A stretch of 62,696 nt of DNA, counting the filler, from Sluysia triapertura (lineage: Eukaryota): the NCBI GenBank assembly GCA_046118255.1. It is 5 parts of 5 records of this genome, joined end to end, with 100 filler letters (N's around TTAATTAATTAA, not from the genome) between each part and the next. Parts side by side here need not be neighbours in the genome. Positions count along the whole stretch, not along the records: positions 1 to 13,630 come from JBJNIA010028389.1; 4 more parts are not named here. The stretch is one strand, 5' to 3'. The notes beneath the pieces are model-generated. The model was not told the DNA's origin and searched no databases. It saw only the letters and a list, made by a program, of their open reading frames with translations. Shown in pieces: positions 1-12,633 of this stretch (position 1 is its first letter; every line of letters starts with the position of its first letter). Made by a program: the position numbers and the translations under genes.

Positions 1-139
1 GAATTTCAGTTTTTCATTATATGTTTTGAAATTTTACTTACTGTGTTTTGTTAACAATTTGATAGTGATTTATTCCTTGAATAAATCATGTTTCTTAAGT
101 GAACAAATCAATTTTTAATGCTAAATATTATTTGTTACA

Positions 140-206
140 TAGGGGGGTAAAAAAACTTTAGAAAGGTTAAAGTGGGGCATGGCACAAAAAAGGTCTGGAA
201 ACACTG
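140..206. mobile_element. Probable right end of a hAT (Charlie-like) DNA transposon
   Basis: The reverse complement of the end reads CAGTGTTTCCAGACCTTTT, resembling the CAGTGTTTCCCAA TIR of Charlie-type hATs. The partner TIR is not in the window. Confidence 0.4.
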
Positions 207-590
207 CTTTAAATCTTATCTATTACTTTACAAATCGAATATCATAGCAATGCAAAAATTTGTTTTATAGCACACATTTCTTTTACAAGAAAGACCTTAT
301 ATACTTTTCTGCGCATAGGCTAGCTCTGATTCTGATGTTGAATAAAATTTTATTATTCTAGCTTTACAGAATGTATAATTAAAAAGTTTTAATACATCCC
401 AATCACATTTCGCGTGCTTTGTTTTATAATTATTTGGTCTCTCTTGAATTAACTAAGATGACTATAATACATCATTTATATATTTTCTGACTGCAATTTT
501 CTTTCGTATCACACAAGCAGAAAGAAATCATTCACAGAAGGCAGGTCTAATAACCCTATGATATGTAATTTCTTAATTTTACACAAAATG

Positions 591-1331
591 TTATGCATTA
601 GCAAATAATATAGTTCTAAAATCTGTCATTAACGATAATATAAACAAAAGATAACAAGAATTGAATTTATACTTTAAAAACCACATTAAGGCAAACATAA
701 CGGTTCCACTTTTTTGCGTTTCTTCATTACTAAAGAAATGTTCAATGGAAGATCTAGGTAAATAATATAAATCAATTAATTCGCCTTCATCCACATTCCC
801 TCCACCACTTGCTACTTTATTTTTCGTAGTAACTGTTACATAAAACATTGTCATTGAAGTACCAGTTAATGCAACACTGGATCTTAATTTAGCTATAAAT
901 TCTAAATTACCATGATCCACTTCATAACCACATTCTTCCAGTACTTCTTCAGCAGCAATTTCAGCCAATGATTTATTTTTATCAACTATTCCTGCACAAA
1001 TTTCCAAGGTGATTCCATACTTACCTGGTATTAAATCTGAAGAACCAGATTCTTTCAAATTTGAATTATATACAACTAGACAAAAATTACCTAATCAAAA
1101 TATTAAAACCTGGTCGAAATTGCTTCACAAGAACTATACTGTCAAGAGACTTATCGTAAATTAGTATACCCACGCTATCGTGACTTTCAATAGCATCCCA
1201 TATTTTATCGCGTCCATCCTAAGCAATAAACTAAAAATAATTAAGTAAACTTGAGTATATAATATTCTATATGGTTTGACAAACTTTGATGATGTAAGTG
1301 GAACTATTTTAAAAGAAGTTATATTATCCAT
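591..1331 (-). CDS. NUDT14: Nudix hydrolase, UDP-glucose/ADP-sugar pyrophosphatase (NUDT14-like); 3 exons: 1331-1251, 1218-1110, 1075-591
   Basis: The spliced translation MDNITSFKIVPLTSSKFVKPYRILYTQ|DGRDKIWDAIESHDSVGILIYDKSLDSIVLVKQFRP|VVY...GITLEICAGIVDK...AAEEVLEECGY...GGGNVDEGELI has the Nudix box and the NUDT14-typical HDSV, KQFRP and ELCAG-like motifs. GT-AG introns of 32 nt (1219-1250) and 34 nt (1076-1109) keep the frame. Confidence 0.9.
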
Positions 1332-1743
1332 CAATCATTTTAAATTCATAATTATTTATTAATGTATTTAAACAAAACTGTTAATATTTAAGGTTTTTTA
1401 ATAAAATTAATAGTAATTTATTTAATTTAAATAAATAATTAATTTAATATATATATATATGTATATATTATAATATAAATTTTATTTCTTAGGTTTGTAT
1501 AATTTATTGTTTAAATAATATTTTTTTAATAAATTTGTATTAATAACATGTATATATAAGATTTCGAATAAACTTTTTTGAAAACAAATTTTATTTAATC
1601 ATACATTTTTATATTCAGGAAATTATATAAATATTTTTCAAACACCAATATATTATTTTTATCGGTTGACGATATATAAAATTTTTTGATTAAATCAAAG
1701 TAATTTTAAAGTAATTTTTTTTATTTGTGAATATGATGCAGCT

Positions 1744-2488
1744 ATGATATCCAAAGTGGCGAAGACAATTTATTTGTTAAATTCAAATGAAATAACTCCA
1801 ATTGAAGCTATACAAGTGAGTATTGAAGATGAATCACTATTTAGTTTTATTGAATTATTGGAAAATCCTAAGATAAAGATGCTCTCTCAAGATGAAAGTA
1901 CTAAACCATATTTTGATCTGTTAGAATTGTTTTGTTATGGTAATTATTCTGATTATAAAAAGTTGCAAAATCAATTACCAAAATTAACTCCAAAGCAATT
2001 GCGTAAATTGCATCAGTTAACAATTTTGTCTTTATCTATGACAAATGATGTTATTCTTTATGATGAAATGTATTATGCTCTAAATATGCATGATCAAACA
2101 GAATTAGAATCAATGATTCTTGATATGATTTATATGAATATGATTGATGGGTATTATGATCAAGAGCAACAAAATTTTCACGTAAAATCCAGCACTGGTC
2201 GGGATATTCCTACTAGTAAAGTAAGATAGAAATTATGCATGTTCATTTTATGTTTAAAAAGGCAACTTATTAATTTCGACATTTTTAGCAAGAACTTAAC
2301 ATATTTAGATTAAAGAAATTCGTCAAAAACTGATAAATTGGGGCTCTAAATGTAATGCTGTAATAGAAAAATTAAATCACGAATTTACGGTAGCGAATAA
2401 TAATAAAGCTCGATATAGAATGGAACAACAACAAAGTGCAATAAATCTTTCAAAGGCCCGTGAAGAAATTATACAAATGTTAAAAAAA
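1744..2488 (+). CDS. COPS7: COP9 signalosome subunit 7 (PCI domain); exons 1744-2220 and 2309-2488, 3' end uncertain
   Basis: Exon 1 has LLELFCYGNYSDY...LPKLTPKQLRKLHQLTILSL...ELESMILDMIY...GRDI. An 88-nt GTAAGA..TAG intron leads into IKEIRQKLINWGSKCNAVIEKLNHEFTVANNNK, the typical CSN7 C-terminal helices. A GTAAGT donor lies at 2489; otherwise the frame reads through to a stop near 2527. Confidence 0.88.
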
Positions 2489-3911
2489 GTAAGTAAATAT
2501 TGTATTCTTGGATTCTTATTATTGTAATTGGTCAAATAAAAGTACTTAATAATCAAATTTATTGATACATTCATTAATTTTGAAATTCCGAATACTATTT
2601 TTATAAACAATGAATGGAATTTAGCACTACATTTTATCTTGTTTGATAATTTTATAAAAGAAGCTAGTGCAACATTTAATATTGCTTTCAGTAATCATTT
2701 TAAAAATATCTGTGATGGTTTTTTGTGGTTATAAACCAGTTCTATCATTTTATATGACACTCAGAACTTCAATATTTAATTTCACTTTAATCTTAGTAAT
2801 TTTAAAATAATGCTTTCTTTTATTTTAACTTACTGGGTTCGTCTTATGGTTGTTACCCAGACGGGATTTTGTTAACAATTTAGAATTACTTTCATCATAC
2901 GAAGGTCCTTTATAATTTTTACATTATTAGTGCGTCATAACAAAATGAAACAAAAAATTCAACAAGAATTTTTTTTACGTTTTTCATTTCTTTCTACTTA
3001 GAAATGATACAACTAGACTTAGTATACTCGTTAAGCACAAAACTTAGAAATTGAATGTGGAATCCGTAGACGAAATTGAGATGTTTCTTACTACTTATAT
3101 TCTTGATATAAACTGCACCAATTGGGATTTTTTATTATGTTACAAGATTTAAATTCAAAAATTTGAAGTTATGTTCCTGTTACAGTTGAAATATAAATTA
3201 GACACATTTAAAATTGTCAATTCTATAAAATTAAAGTTTCATTCTTTGTTGTGTTGATGCTGAATTAATTCAACATTTTATATTTATTATAAATGTAGGC
3301 GTGATACTTGTTGCGCTCTTTTTACAATCAAAATTATTAGGCCACGCCTAAATTTTATAATAATTTTATTTATATTTATTATTATTATTATTATTAATAA
3401 TAATAATATTATCATTTATTACTATTACATTTTTGTTATTACTCAAAAATTATTACATTATTATTTTAGTAATTGCATTTATATTCTTGATTCGTAAAAT
3501 TGTTCCAGTGTTAAAAGTTTTTTTTGGAGGTGCCATATGTTTTGTTCACATTTACAACAGCAAACATGTATTCTTTATCAGTTATTAATTGCGTTTCTTC
3601 ATTAATATCAACATTTCCTTCACAACTTAACACTGTTTTTCTTATTGCTGATGCTGTTACTGTCGGTGATAATGATTATCTTGATATAATTTTCTTTCTA
3701 TGAACTTTTTTTTATGTAGATGTTGAACATTAATTTGCTTTTCATATACTGCTTAATTTCTTTCTTTAAAGCAGTGTACAAGTTCATGTAATAATATTTT
3801 GTTAAAATTTAACACCAAGCATTTATAAGCAACATTCACCCTATATATTAAGTAATTACCTTATGTTTTCATAGTAATCTTAATTCAATAATATATATTG
3901 ATAATTACTTA

Positions 3912-3940
3912 CAGTAGTGGCCAAATTATTAGACTAAAGA
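3912..3940 (+). mobile_element. Solo Tc1-family TIR
   Basis: TA-CAGTAGTGGCCAAATTATTAGACTAAAG is nearly identical to the reverse complement of the TIR at 35102-35129 that ends a Tc1 remnant. Confidence 0.55.
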
Positions 3941-6459
3941 GCATTATTTAGTCGAGGGAGTTTGTTTTAGTAGGAATCAAATATATTGAGATAAATCGGT
4001 AATTCAAACAAACTGAATAAAAATATAGTTATTAAAATAATCAGAATGATAGTTTATATTTTAAAATAATACACTGTATCAGGAATCATTGTCTCATAGT
4101 TTTATCCAATTTATTAGCTACCAAAAAGACCATAAATTGTAAAAATTAAATATTATTGTTTAGTAAATTATGATGCTGAATAAATGTTAATTATTAAATA
4201 TAAGATTTAATGTCTATTTATTCAAGTTATGATATTTTATTCACTGCCAATGAAAACTATTTTTAGAGACGAGTTCTGATTTAAAGTATGATGAAATTCG
4301 TTATTTTTATACGCCAGAGCTTAATGTTTTACATGAACATAATTCATTGTCATTATTGCGCAATATTGCGATTTTCTTACAATCATATTTTCTTCATGAT
4401 AGTTTGTATTTAGAAGATAAATTGATCTGTCGTTGCTGTACTAAGAAACCAATTTTTGAAAGAAAGTCTAGTTAAGGTTATCCACATTTTAAAGATTAAT
4501 AAACTAAGAATGCAAAATTTAAGATAAAGGTCAGAAAACACAGATAATTTTATAAATAAAATTACAATTATAGTTTCCAATTATTTTAAAAAAGACAATT
4601 AGGAGCAGAAAAATTAGAGTTTACAATGAAGCAAATACGTAAGCATCTCACAATGAAAAGTATAAAATTTAATACATTTAATGTCAACAATATCTGATAT
4701 TTTCATCGATTTTTTAAGTACTTCTGATGTTTCGTTAGCAAACATTTTTATATTCCTTATAAAATCTCGAAGCAGCGCCCCAAGATCTAATAAATTTGTA
4801 TTTAAAGTCATTATATTTATTTGAAAAAATGACACTGTTCACGAATTAAGAACAATAAGAAATTTGCAAGACGAAATAGATACTGCCAATGAGAATGCCG
4901 ATGTTTATAAATAAGAACTAAATAACCTAATAAAAAATGGAATCAACTGGCCGATAATGACAATGAAATTGAAGATTTAAGAATGACAAATGATAGAAAA
5001 TTGAAAAATATTGAATTAACAAGAGTTAACAAGAGAAAAACAATGAAACTAGTGTTATTAACCAAAGTTATCGTAAAAATTTGTACAATTATTCACTAAT
5101 TGCTGTGTTCCAATTACAAAATTCTGCTTTTTATGTATATTGTGTTTTTCGTGAGTCTATAACTAATAGTTATTTAATTTTCATCATATAAAGGTCCTCT
5201 CTAAAATCAACTTCCTCTTTCAATATTTTCGTATGAACTGGATCATATGTACTGCAAGTTTTTTTATATTAAATTAAAACTTAATCTTACAAAATAAACT
5301 GAAGGTCACGTCCACCTAAGAAGCACAATTTATATCAGCGTAGGGTTTACAATAAGTTGCAAAAATAACATTAGCTCAAATTAAAAAAATATTTTAACAT
5401 GGGTTAAACAAGTCGTTTTACGATAAAGTATATAAAGTTTATTTAAACCAGTCTTTGTACGGTGTAGTAACTGTTTAAATAAATTTTATTGTACCTTAAA
5501 AAGATTTAACTAAAAAAATTTATGGTCCAGTATATACTCCTATTATTTTTAATCATGATAATAACAACATAGAGATAATAATCCTACAAAATATATATTA
5601 ATTAAAATTTTTTACACGTAAAATAAACGAAAGGTTATACAAAAAATTATAATAACAATATATATAACAATATATAGTTAAAGTGATATTTTATAATCTC
5701 TTAAATTACAGTGAGATCTTAAGAACTTATTCACTTCTGAATGGAATTCTCAGCAAAATTGAAATTGATCTTGACAGTTGTAGTTGAAATGAAAATTGTG
5801 ATGGCGTCCAAATTTCGCTTTCTTTTTACACAGAAATCTGGACAGTCACATTGATTATCTTTCTATTTGATTTAACAAAACAAAGTTTAAAAATAATTAT
5901 ATTATTTTATTTCATTAAAATTAATAATTATATTATTTTAAAATAATAATTAATTTATTTTAAAATTTATTTGAAGTATTAATTATTTTATAATATCAAT
6001 AATGATTTTAACAAAATTTATAAAATAAAAATAGTTATAGTAAAAATCCAAGTTATAATAAAAATAATTCAGCGGTACTTTCGTCCGCCAACTGCTTCCT
6101 CTTGTAGTTCAGTTCTTATAGTTCAACCCTTTGTAAGGTTTTCTCTAGGTCGCCAATTGTGGTGCTTTACCTTGTGGCTTTACCTTGAAATGTGATGAAA
6201 CATCACAGCGTCTTCGCCACCAAATAGACATGTCAAGGGTATTAAATTTCTTGCCAAGGCTTAAAATTACTCGTTTATGGAAACGTAATTTTTTCTCTAA
6301 GGGAACATGTTTGTGACGTACCATTAAGGTGTTTCGTATTATATCAAGTTATTTTTGGAAATAAGTTTTATATTTGATTAGATTGTATTTGTATTGATAA
6401 GTATTATAACTATGATCTTAAATTTTAATTATATTTTGTTCAAAAGATAAGAGTTTGTT

Positions 6460-6896
6460 TGTCACAAAACTCATTATCTTTGGATAATTGCTAGATAATA
6501 TTAAGGCGGAAATTCTACGGAAATTTATGATCAAATATGATTAATAAAATTGGAACATAAAACCGACTCTAAGAAGTAAAGATGCCTTGTCGATATATAT
6601 TGTCTATTTGCATAAAATATTTGTCCAAATAAAATTAATGAATGAATTAATGAATTAATGACGAATTAATGAATGAAATTTCTCTGCGCTGACAGCGCTA
6701 TTTATAATTTATTTTAATTTATGACCTTATGGGGTCAATTGCGTGAATGGTAATATGCATATAGTTACTTTTATTTTTATGTAAAAATCTAGGCTATTAA
6801 ACCTAATGGAAAATTATTATTCTATTACATTATTAATTTCTAAAATTATAATTATCATTATAAATTGTGTCACTACCGTGACATAACTTTCCCCTT
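6460..6896 (-). mobile_element. Probable 3' LTR (about 424 bp) with polypurine tract of an LTR retrotransposon
   Basis: Termini are TGTCAC (6460) and GTGACA (6883). On the minus strand the purine tract AAGGGGAAAG-tta directly precedes the TG. A TATAAATAG box lies on minus near 6700. No recognisable pol sequence was found. Confidence 0.45.
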
Positions 6897-8731
6897 CGGA
6901 TAATTAGTCCTTAATTTTAAAGAATTTATTGCAAAAATCTTAGAAATATCATAAAAATGAAGCGCTAAAAATATAAAATGACAAAGACTGCAACATACAT
7001 TTAAATAACAATATTTTGTTATTTATTATTATTATTATTGTTATTAAACAATAATAATAATTATTAAATATAAAATAATTATAATTATTAATAGCTCTAA
7101 TTATAGATTATAAAATAATAAAATATAAAATATATAAAATTGACTGTAAAATCAATAAGTAAATCAATTACAATTAAATGAGTCTCTTCTCCGCACCCGA
7201 AAAATTCATCATCGGCCAATTCGGAGTCGTTTTCGTTGTCAAGATTGATTAACTTTCCTCTTACTTGGTAATCTTCTGTTTCCCTTGTTATGTTATTTTT
7301 TTTCATGAAAAAGGAATAGGGGTATCAAAATGGAATACTTGCATTTGTTACTTAAAATATGAAAATGCAGAGAAGATGGAAATAAAAAAGAAGGTAATTT
7401 AGACGATGAACTAGTACCTGAATTATTTATTATTTCATTAACTTCTGACAGAGGATGGATCTTCTTAAGTAAAAAGGTCAAACAGTCAAGAAAGATTCTT
7501 AGCCTGTTGTTCCCAGGAGTCGTGTGGTGGAAAAAGATAAAGAAGTTTCATCACCTTTCGCGCTCAGAGGATTGGGTTAAAAGAATTGTGGGATAACAAC
7601 TCCTCGCAACCAACCATATGGTATTTGAAATGCATTTATAATTAAATCTGGAAAGAAATCAGAGGTAAGCCAATATTGAAATTACTATAAATAGAAGTTT
7701 TTGATAGTGCCTTAGTATTAGATAGGTTGAGACATTGTTCAAATTATTATTTAACAAGTATTAAATATTATTTGGAATTTTATTGTTTAAATCGTTATTA
7801 AGTGCTGGAATGATATTTTTGTTTGAACATTTGATTGCTAAATCTAGTAAATATAAATTTAAATTAAATTAAAATAAATAATATATAAAATAAATAAAAA
7901 ACGTTTATTCCTTTTTACAGTTTTACTAATTGTGGTAAACTTATAGAATTTTGTGTTGTTAATAATGCGTCATAGACTTTAAGTCTTAAACATTTCACCA
8001 GGGAATAATTAGGAAAAATTATGTATGAAACATTTTAATTGAACTTCCATCTTTAACAGCAAAGACGAGTATTAACTCAACCTTCAGGATAAATTTATAT
8101 TTAGTCATTAAAGAAATTTAAGAGAAAAGGGTTACTAAATAAAATCTACGTTCTTAAAATATTCTTTACAATAATAATAATTCTAATTATTATAATGTGA
8201 AATAAATTTATAATTTAAAATAAGTCTTAATAAAATAAAACTAATTTCATTACTTCAAAGGAAACATATTAAAAGTTCTAAAATTAAGAAAGAAATATTT
8301 CAAAAATACACTTAATTTAGCAGCTAAACAAAAATAGATCGTAGGAAACCTTGAGTGGGACTTACCACACTCCAAAAATAAAATTTCCATGTAACAAAAT
8401 GCATAATAAAGCACATAAATTAAAACCGCATGACCTTAATATCTTTTATATAGTGTCATTGGAAAATACGAATAAAATATGGCCAATTGAAACTTGCTGT
8501 GGATTTAAATGATTTATTAATAAGTATGGAAATAGGTTCTTACAACCTTTTATTATCTTAAATTTTAAAATTAATGTTCAACGATCTTAAGTAGAAAGTT
8601 GAGTTTAGAGTTTATGATTGAAGAATGTAAATTTATAGACACTAAAGTTTTTATTCAAAACATAAAATTTAAAAATTTGGGTATTTAATAATTTCTTCGT
8701 GTCTTCGGTGCTCTTGATCATCCACATTTCG

Positions 8732-10660
8732 CTATCTAAAAAGAAAGTAGAAATCAAATTGTTTTGGTGTGATAATAAAAGAAATTACTTTCTTATAACC
8801 AATATAATTAACGTTATATATTTTCAAAGTTGTTATTTCAATACAATTCAACAAATTCGTCAGTCTGAACAAGTGATCCGTGCAAGAAAAACATTCGGCT
8901 CCATGATTCACCAACTGACGACCGCATGCGCATATACACAATTGGTTCCGAATTTCGTACGCCTACCATTTAGATCACTACTATATGGACAAAGTGCCAT
9001 TCTAATGCGTTGACTTGTAATTAATCCTTTATTGGAATATTTATGAAACATAGAATTGCTAGGAAACGACGGAATATATATTGTACTCTTGGATATATGG
9101 CTAAGACAATGACAATTAAAAGGAATAGTATTATGACATACAGAGAGTATTTTAGAATCTTCTCTATATTCCCTATATAATTTGGATATATTTATTAGTA
9201 GGAGTTTGTCTGAAATCATTGATCTTATAAACATTTTGATGGTATTTGTGTTTAGAAGATTATCCTCTTTAAATCGTATATCGGCCATAAGTATTCTTTT
9301 ACCATTGACGGAATAACTGTTAACTAGACAAACAATCATTGGTGCGAAGGCTACACCTGCTTCCATTCGGAAACTCAAAATTCCTTGGATCATCTCAAAT
9401 TCCTCTTTATAATTTTCAAATAGTTCTGCACTAATCGACATCGTAATTTCATAAAAGGCGTACTCTTTTACATTTTCATTTAATCTTGTCACCTTTATAT
9501 TCGAACACCATTGAAAAATATAATGATAGAGTTGTCCATGCTTAATCTCATTCTATTTCCGAAACTGATGATGAGAATTTTCGAATTACTAACTTTACTT
9601 TTGAATATATTTTCATAGGAATGTGTAGGAATAATGGTTTGTTCTATATTTTGATTAGCAATTTTTTTGAAAAATTAAGATCGAGCATAGAATGGAGGAC
9701 ATGCAAATAAATATTACAAATGAAAATTTCATTAAATTTTTCCGGAATACAAATGCATGAGTTTTTTCGTCGTTCATGACTATAATGTTCTTGATCATTG
9801 TTAGATGTATTTAATAAAATGCTTTTATTTATTCAGTTGTAGAAGTCATTCATATTCATAGGTCCGATTGTTCGAGAAGTATGATCTAGAGTTGATACTC
9901 GTTTTATGAATCGTTTGTCTATTATTAAATCTAAATAATCTATTGTCTTTAACGATGTGATAAAAATTGCATCGAAAATTGTACTTTTTCGTTTAATAAA
10001 TACAATATTAGCAATCATCTAATTTATTTATTAATTATAAAATATAAAAGTTATTTCATATAATTGTTTGCTGTAACTCTAATTTCTAATTTTTTAATTT
10101 TTTAAACATCAAATTGTTATCGTACGTTTCTCCAAAATAAGTGTATGAAACTTATGAAAAATAAATGTCAAATGAAATCTTTTTTAACTGTTCTGCGTAG
10201 TCGATTATTGTCTTTGTGATGATTTTCTATTGGCTGCTCAACCAAAGTAATAAAAATGAAGAGAGTCACTCTGGCTGGACAACCAGTAATAACATTATTT
10301 CTACGTTGAAAAGCCAACCACTATCAATGGTGACAAGAATTCACACGTGGCAATCAACAGTGTCACCATTGATAGTGATAAGCACTGATTAAATAACGAA
10401 ATTAAATTAAAAATGATAAAAGCAAAATGATAATAATAATAACAATGTTATTATTGCTATTATTATAATACATAAATTTTTTGAAATCTTACATGCACTT
10501 TCTTTATTTCTTTTATTTCTGGACATATTAAAAGTTGAAAATAATGAAAATTAAAAATGATAATAATAACAATGTTATCGTTATTATTATTGTTATAAAT
10601 ACATAGTCTTTATATTACTTAACACGAACTTTCCTTATACTCTTTAATATTTCTTGACAT
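8732..10660 (-). pseudogene. CCCH zinc-finger cassette, copy A (duplicated leader, hairpin, interrupted ORF)
   Basis: Leaders ATGTCCAGAAAT (10526) and ATGTCAAGAAAT (10660). Perfect 17-bp stem 10319-10335/10361-10377. ORF pieces 10018-9833, 9492-8908 and 8941-8732 include LCPYSSDLNGRRTKFGTNCVYAH. Aligns by eye to copy C (INISKL/INIYKL, HLFRL/HLNRI). Contains stops and frameshifts. Confidence 0.6.
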
Positions 10661-11195
10661 ATTTTGAGTCAGAAATTGTGTCCAAATTATAAAAATTTTC
10701 GTATTTTTAGTGTTTTTTAAAACCTCCATTTTTATTTACAAAAATTTATTTCGATTAAATAAATTATACATTTTTTCTAATTTAAATATTGATTTAAAAA
10801 TTGATTTAAATATTTCTTAACTAATATTTATCTTAACTCATATTTAAATTTAATTTATTATAATTTATAAAAATATTTTTATAATATTTATAAAAATAAA
10901 AAGATAATTATTAATGGTATTTACAAATAATACAAATAAAATAAAAATAATAATTAATGTTATTACATTTTATTACGATCACAATTGTTTTTATTATATT
11001 ATTACTCCACATATTATTAATTCCTCACAATAATAACGCATAATAATAACAATGAACATTAGTAATAATAATATTTTTAGTAATATGGTGTGATATCGTA
11101 TGATAATACATTATTGGCTGCTTAAAAATAGTACAAAGTGAATTGATAAATTAGTATCACAATATAAATAACATTTAAAGAGCTCAATATATAAA

Positions 11196-11230
<35 letters not shown>

Positions 11231-11821
11231 ACGCAAAAATTATATTTGTAACGAACAGTATGCATGTTCAAAAAGTACATCTAAAATAACAATCAAACAA
11301 CTTAGAAAATATAAACTAAACAAAGTACAATAGATACTTGACGTCATAAAATGCACAATTCTTTATGGGGAAATTTTCGGCCCTGTGCGGGTGCACCTGT
11401 TGTACCTCCATAGTTACGACTCAGGTGGTTGACAAATATAAGTAATAGAAATGTAATCGAAGAAATAAAGACATTAATACATATTCAACCGTCGGAAGAA
11501 TTTTGTGTTAATTCTGCTCAATTATACATAACATAATTTATAATGAAAATAGTAATTGGTTATTTTTTGATAAAGTACAATTAAAAGATGAAAATCAAAG
11601 AATTATTTAACTTTTGAAACCTGATGGCATCTTAGTTCAAGCGATACTAAATTCTATTACAAATAAAAGCAGCTCAGTTCAATGCAGCTATCAGCGGTTA
11701 CCAAAACTAATGATATATGGTCATATAATATAGGCCAAATTTAAGGATATTTAAAAAAATCTTGTGTTGGTATATTATAGATAACATTTGGAGTAGTGAA
11801 GTACTGTGAAATTTTAAATGA

Positions 11822-12481
11822 AATGTACTAAAAGAAGTTGGCGAAGTTAAAAGTAGAAAAGGCAGTTCGGTTGAAACAAATGGTGACAAGACATTAATAG
11901 TAGCAAGAAGTGCTACCTCAAATAGCAATCGAAAACATTGTGTGTCAAAGAAAAAGTCGAAGGTATACCATTAGAAAATTCGTGTGGTGAGACTTGCAGG
12001 TAAAGATATTGCAGATATGCATGCAGATAAATTTGTAAAATTCATTAATTCAACGTCGTTAATAACGATGAAAAACAATCTTATCTAGGATTTGGGAGTG
12101 ACATGTAAAATTTTATATTCAGTTAGAAATGCTGCTAGCGTACAATATTAAATTGTTCAAGTTTTATTAACTAAAACTAATGCGGTTCTTCAAAATGGTA
12201 CTAGATTGAGTTATAAAGGTTCATATGTAGCTAATACAAAAATGCTAGTACCTAATTGTAATAATATTACCATTGCTTCACCGTATGCAGTTGAGATAAC
12301 ACTTCGATTTCTAGAAACGCTTCGTGTTCACGAAGTCAGTGGAAAATATATGAATATTTTTGCATATTGCACATTACAGAGACGGCTTATATCTGACCGA
12401 AGGGGGTCTATTAGGTTTTTAAATATGTTTAAAGAACTAAGCTTATCTAACAAGAGTACGATCCTACTCTTAATCACTTAA
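11822..12481 (+). pseudogene. Decayed ORF of about 220 codons, possibly a non-LTR retrotransposon ORF1 remnant
   Basis: A single frame runs from NVLKEVGEVKSRKG... to ...LLLIT with three in-frame stops (TAG, TAG, TAA). It is followed by a hairpin triplet. The ORF1 assignment rests only on a weak resemblance. Confidence 0.3.
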
Positions 12482-12515
12482 CTAATGTATCAATTAAACT
12501 TAATCGATCGCGTTA

Positions 12516-12633
12516 AACTAGCCAAATTATGGTCTAGTTGTATTAGCAATTAAGCTAGCCGAATATGGTCTAGCAAATACAGAATGAATTTTATATAAAT
12601 TAAACTTTAAACTAGCCTTAGTAAGGTCTAGTT
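12516..12633 (+). repeat. Three bulged hairpins (A/G)CTAG-CC-N-GG-T-CTAG(T/C)
   Basis: 12516-12539 AACTAG CCA aatta TGG t CTAGTT; 12554-12574 GCTAG CCG aata TGG t CTAGC; 12610-12633 AACTAG CCTT agt AAGG t CTAGTT. Confidence 0.75.

Noticed and set aside
8699-9013. Plus-strand ORF here, and similar ORFs at 2377-2610, 30041-30280, 33482-33784, 35582-35848 and 52173-52379
   Set aside because: They are antisense or off-frame shadows of better supported coding sequence.
9565-9600. CTGATGA...GAAA hammerhead-like core (also CTGAAGA near 57260)
   Set aside because: No convincing stems I and III or cleavage triplet; the first lies antisense within a coding remnant.
10290-10475. Ciliate-style pointer repeats flanking the intervening segment in all cassette copies
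   Set aside because: Only copy C has a 7-nt repeat. Copy A shares just ATGT, and B and D have none, so chance in AT-rich DNA cannot be excluded.
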